The position numbers and the translations under genes were made by a program. A DNA stretch of 64,000 nt from Eledone cirrhosa (lineage: Eukaryota). Positions 26,795 to 40,637 of this stretch are shown here, piece after piece. The number at the start of each line of letters is the position of its first letter. The stretch's first letter is position 1. Location of the stretch: NCBI GenBank assembly GCA_964016885.1, contig OZ024747.1:18414001-18478000 (forward strand), given 5' to 3'. The notes under the pieces are model-generated. The model was not told the DNA's origin. It worked only from the letters and a program-made list of their open reading frames with translations, and ran no database searches.

Positions 26795-27250
26795 GGCGGT
26801 GGATTGGCAGTATCGGTAGAGGGTCGGACGCCATGCTTTGCAGCATAGAGTTATGGCCCTTTATGATCTGAGTTTAAATCCCGCCGAGGTTAACTTTGCC
26901 TTTCATCCTTAAGGGGTCGATAAAATAAAGTACCAGCCACGCACTGGAGTTGATTTTAATCGACTTTCCCCTCCCCCAGAATTGCTGACCTTGTGCCTAT
27001 AGTAGAAACCATTACTTCCAGGTGTTAGGGCTGTAGATTGGCAGTATTGGTAGAGCGTCGGATATCGTGCTTTGCGACATAGAGTTACGCCCCTTTACGT
27101 TCTGAATTCAAATCCCGCCGAGGTTAGCTTTGCCTTTCATCCTTATGGGGTCGATAAAATAAAGCACCAGTCACGGGATCGATTTAATTGACTTTCCCTC
27201 TTCCCCCTTCAAATTGCTGGCCTTGTGCCGAAATCAGAAATCATTATTTG
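26795..27250 (+). mobile_element. tandem pair of young tRNA-derived SINEs
   Basis: GGATTGGCAGTATCGG A box, GAGTT(T/C)AAATCC B box, conserved core and GCTG.CCTTGTGCC 3' end, present twice. Confidence 0.85.
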
Positions 27251-27599
27251 CAGGCGTTTACATAGGGCCGTGCACTTATGTTGCTAGGTATAAATGGCAA
27301 TCTATAGCCGGGATACAAGAGCTATAGATTTGTCATTAGTTCATCATTGATGTTCATTTTGTTCATTACTTTAGACGAGACATTCATATTAGCCGGGCAC
27401 CCGACCCAGTTACATTCCCTAGAACTATATCAGATCGGTTCTAAAGCAGCGATTTGACAAAGTCATTGATGCAGCACTCGTGCTGGATCTTTTCGCTTTG
27501 AGTTCAAATTTCACCGAAGTCATCTTTACCTTTCATATTTTAAAGTTCGATAAATAAAATACCAGTCAAATACTGTTGTTGAGTCTTCCACTATATTTT

Positions 27600-28190
27600 G
27601 TTTTTACTTTCTCTCTTTCTGCTTGCTTCCTTCTCTGGAAGAAGATGGGTTCTCTATGGCTTTGATTACGGTATCTAGGACTTTAGCGAATGGAAGGGCC
27701 TCTAGCATCCAAGAGGGGGAAACACAATCGAGAGCTTTCCTGTAGCCCAGCCAGACTGTAACCAAGTTCCTCCTATATCACTGCACCTCTGACATCACAG
27801 ATTTGTTAATTAGGAGTTGCTCAGCACCTCACCTCAAACCGCTTTCTTCTCATCTGCTAACGCATCAGTGGTGATATTATTGTCACACTGATCCTGGAGA
27901 AAAAGGTTTAGACAGGCTTGTATACATTTTATACATTAAGTTCTGGCATGCAATAGGTTGGTAGTTGTTTTTCAAGTGGGTCTCTTGGTTTGGGGGGACC
28001 AATCTTGTTTCTGCTAATGTCAACCAGCTTGGTATATGTATATCTCATTTGAGAGCTTACTGGTAGAGGTTGATAAGATACAACCGATAGTAAGTTTTTT
28101 TTTTGTACCAGTAGCCGACAATCAAGTCTCTTTTGGTGTTTTCTTATCTTGAAGTTTTCCTATCTCAGTCTCAAGGGTATCATCTATGTA
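27600..28190 (-). mobile_element. decayed non-LTR RT fragment (R4/Dong-like)
   Basis: Minus strand gives EQLLINKSVMSEV and RNLVTVWLGYRKALDCVS, a degenerate version of the 'W.DY.KAFDSV.H' RT motif. A related decayed piece lies at about 16000-16520. Confidence 0.5.
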
Positions 28191-28780
28191 TGCGGCAAAA
28201 TAGAGAGGTATATTTAGACCTGTCAACTCTCTCCGTCCGACGGGGAGATTTGCAATAGCTTTTGGGGTGGGTGAGAGATGCCTTCTCTTGTGAAAATGTG
28301 TATAGCTTTCATTATGTAAAATCTCTCCATTTTGCCTCATTTCTCCCCATTTGGGGACACTTTTTTCATGATACTCCCCGTTTGGGTTTCTAGAAGTTGG
28401 CAGGTCTATATATTATAATTTTTAAAAAATTGTCCTTGAAAGACACTCAACAACTAAGGACTTACATTTATGATTTTTGCTTTGAGAAACGAACACTCAC
28501 AATTTTACGACATCCTTAGATAGATTATTACGGCAACAGCTGATCACATAAAATTAGTTTATGGTCTTTTATTTAATAGTTTGTAAGATATTATTTTACT
28601 TTAGGTGGATGGTGATGTATTCAATGACATATGCCGAAAATTTCTCAATGAATTTGTTTCTCAGTTGGAGAAGAAAAAAAAAGGAAAGCCTGGTAATTGT
28701 TAATGATTCTCAGAGAAAAAAAGATAATTTCGAGATTTAATTTCATATAGAATTTAAATGTATTCTGTGAGAATTCTCCC

Positions 28781-28822
<42 letters not shown>

Positions 28823-29279
28823 TGCACACTCACGTATCATTCCGTGTATATGTGACCCGCATTGGAGGTTTATTCTTTGTTTAAAAACCTTCGCTTTTAT
28901 TTTTTGTAGCAAAATAAATCAAATAAATCAATAAATAATTCGTCTCACAACTTCTAATAACTTGACCAGTGATAGAAATGGGTTTAGAAACGAGAGGTAC
29001 ACTAAGTTGATGAGATTGAGGTTGAAAAAGTGTTGGGTAAACATTATAAGTTGACCGTCGTCAAGAAATTGAAACGAATGGAAACACTACGTACAACGCT
29101 GCGTATTCCCTCCACTGTCATCACTGAACTTGAGTGTACTTTTAACGTATACAATCGTAACCATCGTAACCAGCGACACCATGCACTTATCCGTGGGAAC
29201 CACTGTATTAAACTGAGTTGTTAACCATTTGGGGTTTACAATTGCACGACGCAACAAGTCTCACAGCTTAGTCATAATA

Positions 29280-29441
<162 letters not shown>

Positions 29442-29563
29442 AGAGCCAGGATCCTGACGGCTGAGCTCCGATCTAGCTGTCGAAACGGCTGGAGCTCAGC
29501 CGTCGGGGTCCTGACTCTTTCCATATTACCCACTCTACTACCCTAAGTATCGAGTACTCTTTG

Positions 29564-29613
<50 letters not shown>

Positions 29614-29835
29614 AAATTTTCGGTCTACAATAAATGTAATCTGAGTTTTTCGAATATTAATAATAACATTCGATTCGTTTGCAATTATTCAAACAAGCCC
29701 CAATTTTATAGCCATGCCAACACAAGAGCAAGAATAAAGGGTTCATTCTACTGGCATGGCTATAAAATTGAGGCTTGTTTGCATAATTGCAAACGAATCG
29801 AATGTTATTATTAATATTCGAAAAACTAGGATTAC

Positions 29836-29955
<120 letters not shown>

Positions 29956-30257
29956 TGTTATGCTTTGGGAGGGTCATGTTGTGTGTGTGGACAACACACA
30001 CAAAAACAAGATGGCGTAGGACAGAACAAAGGAGAGGCACAAAACAAAGAAAAGAATCCCCAGTCACTGAAGAGGTCACAGAATGTGTGACGAAAGAACT
30101 TTGACAATATATGAACAACCGTCCGGTTATGGAACCAACCAACCAACCGGAAATTTATAAATTCTTAAATTTATAAATTTAATTTATAATAAATTGGAGT
30201 GAAAGCAACTGGTGCGTGTGTTTCTTATTGGCAACATGACCCTCCCAAAGCATAACA
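29956..30257. mobile_element. TG..CA element with 26-bp terminal inverted repeats and ATAT TSD (solo LTR or Ginger-type MITE)
   Basis: TGTTATGCTTTGGGAGGGTCATGTTG ... CAACATGACCCTCCCAAAGCATAACA, flanked on both sides by ATAT. Related ends at about 31657 and about 51390. Confidence 0.7.
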
Positions 30258-30315
30258 ATATCGGTTTCAACACACGTTTTCAGATAAAGAATCTTGCTAA
30301 ACAAATTCAGAAACG

Positions 30316-30399
<84 letters not shown>

Positions 30400-30468
30400 G
30401 GCTTCTACAGGACTAGAACTATTTCATTCGAAGGAAATGATCAGGAAATACATACATACATACACACA

Positions 30469-30521
<53 letters not shown>

Positions 30522-30548
30522 GGAATTATATTCTCCGAGTGAAAAGAT

Positions 30549-30631
30549 CCTTCTGACGAGAGTTTATCTTTGCAACGGATGCCGTATGGACTGCCGTTTA
30601 TTTTTGAGACTCGAAACCGATTCGGTAAAGG
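30549..30631 (+). ncRNA. type I hammerhead ribozyme motif (copy 1)
   Basis: Stem I CCTT/AAGG, core CTGACGA (30553), stem II GAGTTT/AGACTC, GAAA (30613), stem III CCGATTCGG, GUA cleavage triplet ending at 30627. Confidence 0.75.
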
Positions 30632-31030
30632 TAACCATAGAAAGTAAAGTTAATTTTTAAAAATTTATTTTGAAACTTTTTCTTATTTGCTAAACCTTGA
30701 TTATATATGTTCTGGCTCGTTAATTTATTAACCTGCCATTGAACCACATTGGCATATGGTTGGACAATACATGTGTTCCTGAGCGCCTTGTGCGTGTAGG
30801 GACATATACTTTATTATTATTATTCTCCTCTTGGTTGAGAAAAAATTTGTTCGTTCTGACTGCTGCTAGTTATAGCGGGAGCAGACTGACCTCCCTGCCT
30901 CTGCTTCTATCTTTACACACGGCACTTGAAAGAATTGCTTCCACTTCATTTTCTCTCATCTCGGGAACAATTTTGAATAGCGCCAGTTCGTAATTTGAAC
31001 TCGGGAATTATATTCTCCGAGTGAAAAGAT

Positions 31031-31114
31031 CCTTCTGACGAGAGTTTATCTTTGCAACGGATGCCGTATGGACTGTCCGTTTACTTTTGAGACTCGAAAC
31101 CGATTCGGTAAAGG
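31031..31114 (+). ncRNA. type I hammerhead ribozyme motif (copy 2)
   Basis: Same architecture: CTGACGA at 31035, GAAA at 31096, predicted cleavage after 31110. Confidence 0.75.
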
Positions 31115-31181
31115 TAACCATAGTAAGTAAAGTTAATTTTTAAAATTTATTTTGAAACTTTTTCTTATTTGCTAAACTTTG

Positions 31182-31266
<85 letters not shown>

Positions 31267-31406
31267 AAGTGCCCCAGCATGGTCTCAGCCAGTCGGCTGG
31301 AACAGGTAAAAGACTAAAATAGTATGTGTGTGTATGTATACGTGTATATGCATGCACATGCATGTAAATGTGTCTACACGTATGTGGATATACATATATG
31401 TATGTA

Positions 31407-31462
<56 letters not shown>

Positions 31463-32880
31463 TATATATATGTATATGTATGTTTATATGTATATGTTTG
31501 TATAAGTATATATTTATATATATATGTATATATATTTTATATATATATATTATGTATATATATATATATTTTATATATATATATGGGTGTGTGTGTGTGT
31601 ATAAACATATATGTTGCTATGACTCTTGCTTTGAAATCATCTGTTGAAATAGATATTGTTATACTTCGGATGGGTCATGCTGCCAATAAAAACACATGCA
31701 CCAGTTGGATTTAATTTCACTGTATTATTAGTTGGGTAACTAATTCATTCATCATTTAGTTCAGTAACTGGGCAGTTGTTTAATTGTAAATTGTCAAAGC
31801 TCTTTCGTCACTCATCATGTGACCTTCTCAATGACTATTTTTGCTCATGCGTGTCTTCTCTTTGTTCTGATCTTGTTCTATCTACTGCATCTCATCTTTT
31901 TGAGGTATCTAATGGGTGTAAGTTTAGATAGATTGATTTCCCTCACTGACGATCCAGAATCAATTATCTAACTTCACTGATATTTGCTGAAATGTACTCA
32001 TATGAGGGAGAAATATATGATTTTTATCAGGTGTCTATATTTTAGATTTTATTAAATTCTAATATGATACTGTAACGAGCTATGTAATCTTACATTCTAT
32101 ACAGATTGTCTTTTATTAAAGTTTGATATATATTTTTATATGTTTATATCATTTGATGTTTATGTGTATATATATGTCATTCACTATTTTATAATGTTTA
32201 TATGCTCGGATTTCTTCCTTGAATTTTTTTATGAGCTGATTTTGGGAGACAGGACACATGTTCGAGATTATCTCAATCATGACATCTATAACGTTGAATG
32301 TAATATATATATATACACACGTACACACACACACATATATATATATATGTATATCGAACGTAGAAAAGTAACACACGAGTTAATGTATATAAAAACAAAT
32401 AGTAGAAAGGAAAAAGATTCTTTCAGTAGAAAATGTTGAAGAGACTTTTTTCAGAGAGATATCAAAACATTAATTTATTTTCAAATCCCGCCGAGGTTAA
32501 CTTTGCCTTTCATCCTTACGGGGTCGATAAAATAAAGTACCAGTAATACACTGGGTAATTGCTGGCCTTGTGCCAAAAGTAGAAACAATTAATTTATTTA
32601 CAATACCGGTTTCAGCATTAAATACATTGTCAATTGCGGATATGTAGAATATTGTTAAGTTGTATATTTGTACAAATAGTGATAATAATAATAATAATTG
32701 TTTCTACATTTGGCACAAGGCCAGAAATTACCCAGTACATTACTGGTACTTTATTTTATCGACCCCGCAAGGATGAAAGGCAAAGTTAACCTCGGCAATG
32801 AAAATAAAATTTAAAAAATGACTTCTCTGAATGAACATGTATGTGAAAATTAGTTTTTTTTCTTCCCCTTTTTATTTTAT

Positions 32881-32983
<103 letters not shown>

Positions 32984-33541
32984 CTCCAGTCAGCATGGCT
33001 TGGCTAGAGATTTAAGGCGCTGGTTTGAGACCTTTATTTCCCTCCGAAGAAGAGATATTATCTCGAAAATTAAGGACATTTAAATAAATTCAAGGTAAAG
33101 GACGAATTCTCAACAATATCTTTTACTATTGCATTCTTTTTTCTATGTCCATACCTGCATTGTTTTGGCTTTATTACACATATTCAAACGTTTATATATA
33201 TATATATATAAATTTAATAGTAGAAAAAGCACTTTACGTTACGCAACACATCCATAGTTGATGTTGAATCCTGTGGTTGGTGGAAGGACGGAGTTAAATA
33301 TTAGTTTGGTTAAAATAACAGGAGGCTGGATTGGTGATGTTCCTTTAAAGTTTTATTGTAGCAAAAACATTATATATATATTTCGATGACCAGGTTACGT
33401 AAGATCCCAGTGACCTCATCAGGTTCGGATTGCATTATTAGTTAATCTATAAATGAATTATGGCAAACACAAACAGAGAAAATATAGAAAATATTTGATT
33501 TGGAGATGGCCTGCGAAATAAGTGTTACTGTTGCTGTAGAC

Positions 33542-33743
33542 CAGGCATGTCAAACTGAAGGTGCCCCGAGGGTCACATGGATTACATATTGTTGTCTGAG
33601 GGGCCACACACGACAACTAATTGCGCACATTACAACTATTTTTATTTTATTTTATATTGCGAAGATAAAACATGCTCGTGCTGTAAAAACCTTTGTGTGG
33701 AATGCAGGTCTGCTTGTAAAGGGACGCACGTTTGACATGCCTG
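33542..33743. mobile_element. hAT-family MITE
   Basis: TIRs CAGGCATGTCAAAC / GTTTGACATGCCTG with a perfect 8-bp TSD CTGTAGAC (33534-33541, 33744-33751). Confidence 0.9.
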
Positions 33744-33934
33744 CTGTAGACCATCTCTGAGACGGCATTTCACAAAACGCATATATATGGAACAACCTTT
33801 TTTTACCTTATGTATAATCACCCAGCAAGTCAACAACTTTACTACAACTTGTGCCACACTCAAATGAACAACACTTCGCCACATTCGACTTCGCACCATT
33901 CACTTCATTATATTTCGTTTTGCTTCATATATAG

Positions 33935-34091
<157 letters not shown>

Positions 34092-34092
34092 C

Positions 34093-34161
<69 letters not shown>

Positions 34162-34704
34162 GGAAAAGAGTCAGGACCCCGACGGCTGAGCTCCGGTCGT
34201 TTCGACAGCTAGATCCGAACTCGGATCTAGCTATCGCAACGGCAGTAGCTCAGCCGTCGGGGTCCTGACTCTTTTCATATTACCCACTCTACTACCCTAA
34301 GTATCGAGTACTCTGGTGCATTATGGTCCACCTGGTATCTTACCACACCTTCTTTGTTATATATATATAACGAGTAGGACCCCGACGGCTGAGCTCAAGC
34401 CGTTTCGACGGCTAATTCTGAGTCCGGAATTAGCCGTCGAAACGGCTTGAGCTCAGCCGTCGGGGTCCTACTCGTTCCTATTACCCACTCTACTACCCTA
34501 AGTATTGAGTACTTTGGTGCGTTATGGTCCACTTGGTTCCTTACCACATTTCCTTCGTTATATATATATATAGTAGTATATACACATACATATAGAAGCT
34601 CTTCTATATTAAAACTTTTATACTCTGCTATGTATTGAGTACCTTACTTACTGTGGTTACCTCCGATTCAACCCGGAATAACTTATATATATATATATAT
34701 ATAG

Positions 34705-35070
34705 ATATGTTTCTTTATTAGCCACAGGGGCACAGAAGAAGGGGACAAATACAAAGGAGGAAGTTTACATGCAATAAAAACGTGTAAAATATTATCACAA
34801 ATGCAATTTTAAAATTAATCGATTTTCCCCTATAGGGGGAGACATTACATATGGGTAACACATACCCCCGAAAAAAAAATGTGCAACCCTCATCTCCAGG
34901 AGTACGACGAGTTTGTACTCCTTTCCTCTCCTCCTCTTTTTCCTCAACCTACAGGCTGATATAGAGAGAAGGCCCATTCACTCGGGCCATTCTCGCCACT
35001 TTCACCCACCTTTCATAAAACTTGCTGGGGTAGAGCACCTCTCTCTATCCTGATTCTTCTTCCAAAGTGG
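34705..35070 (-). mobile_element. 5'-truncated 3' end of a related L1/Tx1 subfamily
   Basis: Encodes ..WVKVARMARVNGPSLY, homologous to the end of the adjacent ORF2; 3' UTR ends AATAAAGAAAC into an ATCT/TA tract. Confidence 0.75.
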
Positions 35071-35300
35071 TAGATAGATAGATATATTTCTTTATTTACC
35101 ATAAAGGCATAAAAAAAAGGGACAAATACAAAGGGGGAGTTTACATAAAATCGAGTAAAAAGGGTATAAAATGAAAATAATCGAAAACAACCTCAAAAGG
35201 GAGGGGACGTGATGGAGGTTGCACACACCCCCGAAAAATGTGCAATCCTTTGCCCGGGGAGCACATGGAGAAGGTGCTCCCCTCTCCTTCACTTCTTTAC

Positions 35301-38300
35301 CTACAGGATGGTATACAGAGAAGGCCCATTTACACGAGCCATTCTCGCCACTATCACCCACCTTTCATAAAACTGCCTGTGGCCAAGCACCTCTCTCTCC
35401 ATTCTTATCCTTCTTCCGAAGTGATATCGGAAGAAGTAGACCAGACTATGGCCAGAGAGGAAGTTGCCTGACCTCAGACCTTTCAATCGTGTCCACCAAA
35501 CAACCTCTTTCAACATGGCTATTACGCACAGAAAAATCGCCTTTGCTTCCTTTGTGAAGAGGGGAGGCTGCTTGATTGTCATCACGGACTCGGCGGTCAA
35601 TCGAATCGGCGCCACCCGCGACAGCAGTCGTTCGGCGTAGCCCCACAGATCAGCCACGCCCGGACATTGCACCAATGCGTGCGCAACGGTTTCTTCGTGA
35701 CGCACGCATCTAGGGCAAATCTTTTTCGAGGGATCCCTGCCCGAGCGCCCGTGTCTGTAGAGCCTCTCTCGAACGGGTAGAGCCCCCCGGTAGCACTGCC
35801 AGGCTAGTGACTTCTGGAAGTTGTCCATTGGTCCCGGGCCGAAAGTCCTACCGAACAGGCTGGCCAGTTCGTCCTCTTCCATGTCCAGCGACTCTCCAAG
35901 GGTGTCATCGCCCCTGCTAGCCACCAGCCCTCTATAGAATGATGAGGTGGATTCTCCACCGATGGCCTGGCCCGCTTGCCAGAGAGCCCTGAGCGCCTGG
36001 GCACACTCAGTGTGCCAGTCTCCCAGTTTTCCGGATCTTTGCTTGACCCAGGACTGCAGCTCGGTGAGCGAGACGAGTCTCGGAAAGGCTCGTTTCACGA
36101 ACGGAGCCCACACCGGTTGACCAGTGAGGAATACCTGTAGGTGCCGTAGCCTTAATGCGTGCCTACGTATCATCAACCACGGCATCCCCAGCCCTCCTTT
36201 CGAAGGTTGTTGGCAGCAGATGGATCTTCTCACCATAGGAGGGCGCTTCTTCCAAAGAAATTGGAAGAGCATGCGTTCCATGGTGGTGAGTGTTTCCTTA
36301 GGGCAAGGCACGACAGTCAGGCGGTAGTAAGTGACGGACGCTATGTAAATGTTCGCCACCTCCGCCCGACCTTTTAGGGACAGCTTACACTTGGCCCATT
36401 TCTGGGTTAGTGCAAACACCTTGTTCGTAACCTCGTTCCAGTTCTTTTCCACCTGGAGGTCCGGTCCAAACCAGACCCCAAGCAACTTCACCGGGCCCTC
36501 TGTCCAGTGTCCGACGACACCGTCGGGAGGCATCGGTCTGCCTCTCCACGTTCCGAGTTGCAGCCCGATGGATTTTTCCCGGTTCAGTTTCGCTCCTGAC
36601 AACCTTTCGTAATCCTCCAGTAAGGTACCGATCGCCTCGATCTCCGAGTCGGTCGATACCATTACTGTTACGTCACCGGCGTAGGCCGACACCGCATTGC
36701 TCAATCCTGGTTCCAGGGGGATACCCTGCAACAACTCCAACTTCCTCAGTAAAGGCTCGAGAGTCAATACGTACAGAAGGGAGGAGAGAGGGCACCCCTG
36801 TCGAATGGATCGTGTGATTTCGAACGGCTTCGAAAGGTAGCCGTTCACCTTGATCCTAGAACAGATGTGGTTGCTATGTAAGGCAGTGATCCAGCCTCTG
36901 AAAACAGGACCGAACCCAGCCGCCGCTAGCACCGCATCCAGGTAACCATGGTCGACCCTATCGAAGGCCTTAGACTGATCCAAGTTGATCAGGGCCCCAC
37001 CGAAGCCGGGTTTGTTGCCAACCCTCTCTATGATGTATCGCATGAGGTGGAGGTTATCGTGAATGGACCTGGATGGGATAGCACATGTCTGCGCATCTCC
37101 CACCAGGCCACCCACGACAAGCGCCAACCTCTTTGCTAACACCTTGGCCAAAATCTTTAACTCTGTGTTTAGCAGGGTTATGGGCCGAAAATTATTTATA
37201 CTATCCCCCTTGTTCTCGTCCTTCCTCACCAGCGAGACTACGCCCTTGGCTACAGAACAAGGAATTTTCCTGTTCTACTGCCAATTGCAGTAGGGCGCTT
37301 CGAGGAGTTCGGAGAAGAAGACCGGCATTGCTAAATAAAGTTCGTAAGGTATACCATCGAGACCTGGAGATTTGCGTCTGCTGCATTGGCTCAGCGCATC
37401 CCCGATCTCATCAGCCGAGATTGGTCCCTCGCAGGACTCTGCCTCTTCGCTCGAGAGACGCGGCAGGCCGTCGAGGTATGGACCGAAATCCACGTCCCCC
37501 CCCGGACCCTCGCCCCCCCCCCCGAATAATCGGGCAAAGTGCCTTTGAAAGGCCTCGCACATCTGCTTAGGCTCCCGGATCACCCGTCCATCCTCGTCTT
37601 GCAAAGACCGGATGGTGGATCGATTTCCACTCTTAGCTTCTGTCACGAGGGCCCAGCCAACGGCTTTGGCCCCCTCATTACCTAGAGCACGTATTTTACT
37701 TCGAATGACGCAGCCTTCGTGCTTTGCATCGAAAAACTGGTTCAAGGCCGTCCTCGATACCAGCACTCTGGCCACATCTTCGCTCTTGATTGCCTCTTCT
37801 AATTTACCTGTTAATTCTTTCTCGTTTCTATTCCTATCGGCAGCTAACATCTTGCTATAACTTATTGATTCTGTTCTAATCTCTCTTTTGAGAGATGCCC
37901 ACCATCGGTTGTTGACAATTGCACCCGTCAACCTCTCCTTAACTAATCTGCTAATCCGGTTTCTGTAAGTCTCTTTTGCCGGTAAAGACAAATTAAGTTT
38001 CCAGTAACCGGGACCCTGTTTATGTGTTTTCTCGAGATTGACTACGCAGGTCACTAATTTGTGATCCGTATAGCCAACCGTGAGCATTTCTGGACAGCTT
38101 AATCTAAGAATCTATCTAAGTACGATCTAGATTGACCACTGTGGTTCGTCCAAGTCCAGGTTGGCACAGTTGGAAAATCTAGTCGATATCTATCGACCAA
38201 GTTAAAACGGTCGAGTAACCCCTTGAGGCTGTTACACCCCCCTCTATTAGGACATGCTCCTGCATAGTCCCAACGTGCATCTAGGATGTCATTCCAATCC

Positions 38301-38717
38301 CCCGCTAGAAGCAGGGAACGCGACGTTCCCAGAAAAGTTTCCAAACGCTGGAAGAAGTCGGGCCGTTCAGCTCCGAAAGGGGAGTAGACGGCGACCAGTC
38401 TCAAGGCCGCACCTTCACTACTGCCAACGTCTAGCACCAACAAACGACCCTCCGGGTCCGAGTGAACAACCTGTACGGCGAGACCCAGGTGTTTTTCCAG
38501 CAGTACGACAACCCCACCCCACCTCCAGGTTGACAGAGAGATGCATGCACCTCAAAGTCATCGAAGGTAGGGGCCAGCTGCCGCACGACGCTGATCCGAG
38601 TCTCACAGATAACCATTACATTTATACCACGTGACCTGAGGTCATTTAGAAGCTTTGCTTGCTTCCAAATTGAGCCCAGGCCACGTGATTCAAACATCCT
38701 ACTCTTAACACATCCAT
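35301..38717 (-). pseudogene. Tx1-type ORF2 (APE-RT-zinc finger), broken into at least 4 frames
   Basis: Pieces ICETR, AGDWN, SYLDRF, TDHK, GPGYWKLN, KSPGLDG, FRPITLLN, DQSKAFDRV, RQGCPLS, AYAGDV (YADD mutated), CPRC...ETVAHALVQC. Probable ATG at 38717. Confidence 0.88.
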
Positions 38718-38822
38718 GTGGGCGGAAAAGCCAAAGGAGAGTGTAGAGACCTACCTTTCTGCTTCCCGGGGTTCGGGTCGCACGACTTCCATGGGGTCGG
38801 GGGTGTTGGGTGAAGGGGTGTC

Positions 38823-40637
38823 TTATGGTGGTGTGGGGTCGTCAGTGTGTGGTGGGGTTGGGGTGTTTGGAGTTGTGTTGGGGAGGGGAAGGGGAGGGGG
38901 AAAGCTTTTTAGTAGGACGCGGTTTATGGGTTTGACAGAGGGCGGTCCTACGTCCTCCTTAAAATCCTTTTTTAGTTTTTGGTAGAGGTTCATTGGGATC
39001 TTTATTAATTTTAAATGTGGGTAGTTTTCTGAAAAAACAAAGTTTACACCTTCGGTTTGTACCGAAGGATTATTGTTTATGAGTTCATTTAATTTATTAT
39101 TGTTTCTGGTGATGTAAGTATAGTGTAATGTCTTTTTTTCGGATGGTGTGAGTGTTTCGAAGAGGGGAGGGGCAGGTTTGGTTTTGTTTGTTGCTGGAGG
39201 GGTGTTTTGTGTTTTGTTGGATTGTGTTGACATTTGGGTAGGGGTTGTTTGGCCTTGTGTGTTTTGTACATGTTTTCTTTTTTTCCTTTTAATCTGTCTG
39301 AAGGACTCCGTTTCTTCCTCCGAATTCGTTGGGTTATCTTCAGTGTTGGAGGGAAGAGGTATGTTTGCTGGTAATGTTTCCGTGTTGGTTTTCTTTGTGG
39401 GGGAGATGGATGTCACTATGTTAGACTGTGTTGTGTGTTGTGGCTGCGGTGGTTGTGTTGTTTTATTGAGTGAGGGGTTGGGTGGGACTGTATTTTGTTT
39501 TTGGGTAATGTGTTGTGACTGTTTGTGTTGTGGTGGTGGTGTAGTTTTACTGAGGGACGGGTTGGGTGGGACTGAGTTTTGTTGTTTGTTTATCTGTTGT
39601 GGTGGTGGTGGAGCTGGTGTTGGTAACAGGGTTTTCTTTTTGTTGAGTTGGGGACAAGCCGCCTTCAGGCGCCCTCTGCCTGCACAGATATGACAGGACG
39701 GCCTTCTCCCCTCCACGCTAATGTTTATATACCCGTGGCCCTCTAATAGGATTCTGTCGGGTATTTGGGCGATGCGTTCAGACTTCATTTGCACTACAAG
39801 TTCTATACCTGTTCCACTGAACGCATTGCCTGTGGTTTTCCCAATGGAAATCACGTTGTCATTCGCTGGATCGATGAAGCCAGCTATGAGCCAGCAGTAG
39901 TCCACATCTGGCATCATTGCATCCAGCCATATGCGCTGAGTTCTTTTACCCATATAAGATGGATAAAAGGTAAAATTTGTCGAACGAATCGGTGACAAAG
40001 CACTTTTTTTTTTTGCCGCCGATTCGTTCTTCATAATAATCGTTAGGCTTCCATACAGTCTGTCTCTTCTTATGAAAGTGGTTTCATTAAGTACTTCTGT
40101 AAATACTGCTTTGATTTCTGTTTGTGTTGGCTGTTGAGGTTTTTCAGAAATGTTGTTGATGGTGCGGAAAACGACCGTCCGACTTTCAATGTCTTTGGTG
40201 AGTTCTTGAGGCATTTTTACCGATAAAATACCATTTTCCCCTTCAGTTATGTATTGTCTGGCGTCTGTAATTCTTTGTGCCACATCTGAAATATTTTCAG
40301 GTATATATGTCAAAGATTTCTTTGTTGTTTGTGCAAATGAAATATTATTGGTGTTGACTTTGTCGTCTGCTTTGCTTTCTGTTATGATGTTGTTTTCAAA
40401 TGTTATTTTTGTGTTTGTCGTGTCTTTGTTTGTGGTATTAATATTGTCATGCAATTTTTCAAATTTTTTTTTTTCGTTGTTGGAATCAATGTCCAGATTT
40501 GTGTTTTCGTCATTTTTCTCCGCATATTCGTCTGTTTTTATTTTATTTTTTCTTTCCTTCTCTATGACGTTAGTTGGGAAGGAAGGGGGGGGACTAAAGC
40601 GTGCGAGCTTACAACTCTTACCGCTGTCCCCCACCAC
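38823..40637 (-). CDS. Tx1-type ORF1 (gag-like, degenerate CCHC knuckle, Pro/Gln/Thr-rich tail)
   Basis: 604-aa ORF; VEGRRPSCHICAGRGRLKAACP is a CX2CX4(H>R)X4C knuckle; lies upstream of the APE-RT ORF. Confidence 0.75.
   Translation of the reverse strand: MVGDSGKSCKLARFSPPPSFPTNVIEKERKNKIKTDEYAEKNDENTNLDIDSNNEKKKFEKLHDNINTTNKDTTNTKITFENNIITESKADDKVNTNNISFAQTTKKSLTYIPENISDVAQRITDARQYITEGENGILSVKMPQELTKDIESRTVVFRTINNISEKPQQPTQTEIKAVFTEVLNETTFIRRDRLYGSLTIIMKNESAAKKKSALSPIRSTNFTFYPSYMGKRTQRIWLDAMMPDVDYCWLIAGFIDPANDNVISIGKTTGNAFSGTGIELVVQMKSERIAQIPDRILLEGHGYINISVEGRRPSCHICAGRGRLKAACPQLNKKKTLLPTPAPPPPQQINKQQNSVPPNPSLSKTTPPPQHKQSQHITQKQNTVPPNPSLNKTTQPPQPQHTTQSNIVTSISPTKKTNTETLPANIPLPSNTEDNPTNSEEETESFRQIKRKKRKHVQNTQGQTTPTQMSTQSNKTQNTPPATNKTKPAPPLFETLTPSEKKTLHYTYITRNNNKLNELINNNPSVQTEGVNFVFSENYPHLKLIKIPMNLYQKLKKDFKEDVGPPSVKPINRVLLKSFPPPLPLPNTTPNTPTPPHTDDPTPP

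Larger units (their letters stand above)
30519..31184 (+). mobile_element. retrozyme/Penelope-pLTR-like non-autonomous element (two direct repeats of about 185 bp, each with a hammerhead)
   Basis: Direct repeats at 30519-30705 and 31001-31184 flank about 295 bp of non-coding DNA; the element sits in (TA)n. Confidence 0.7.

Noticed and set aside
26795-26890. tRNA gene
   Set aside because: A and B boxes are present, but there is no full cloverleaf and the sequence continues into a SINE body repeated many times in the window.
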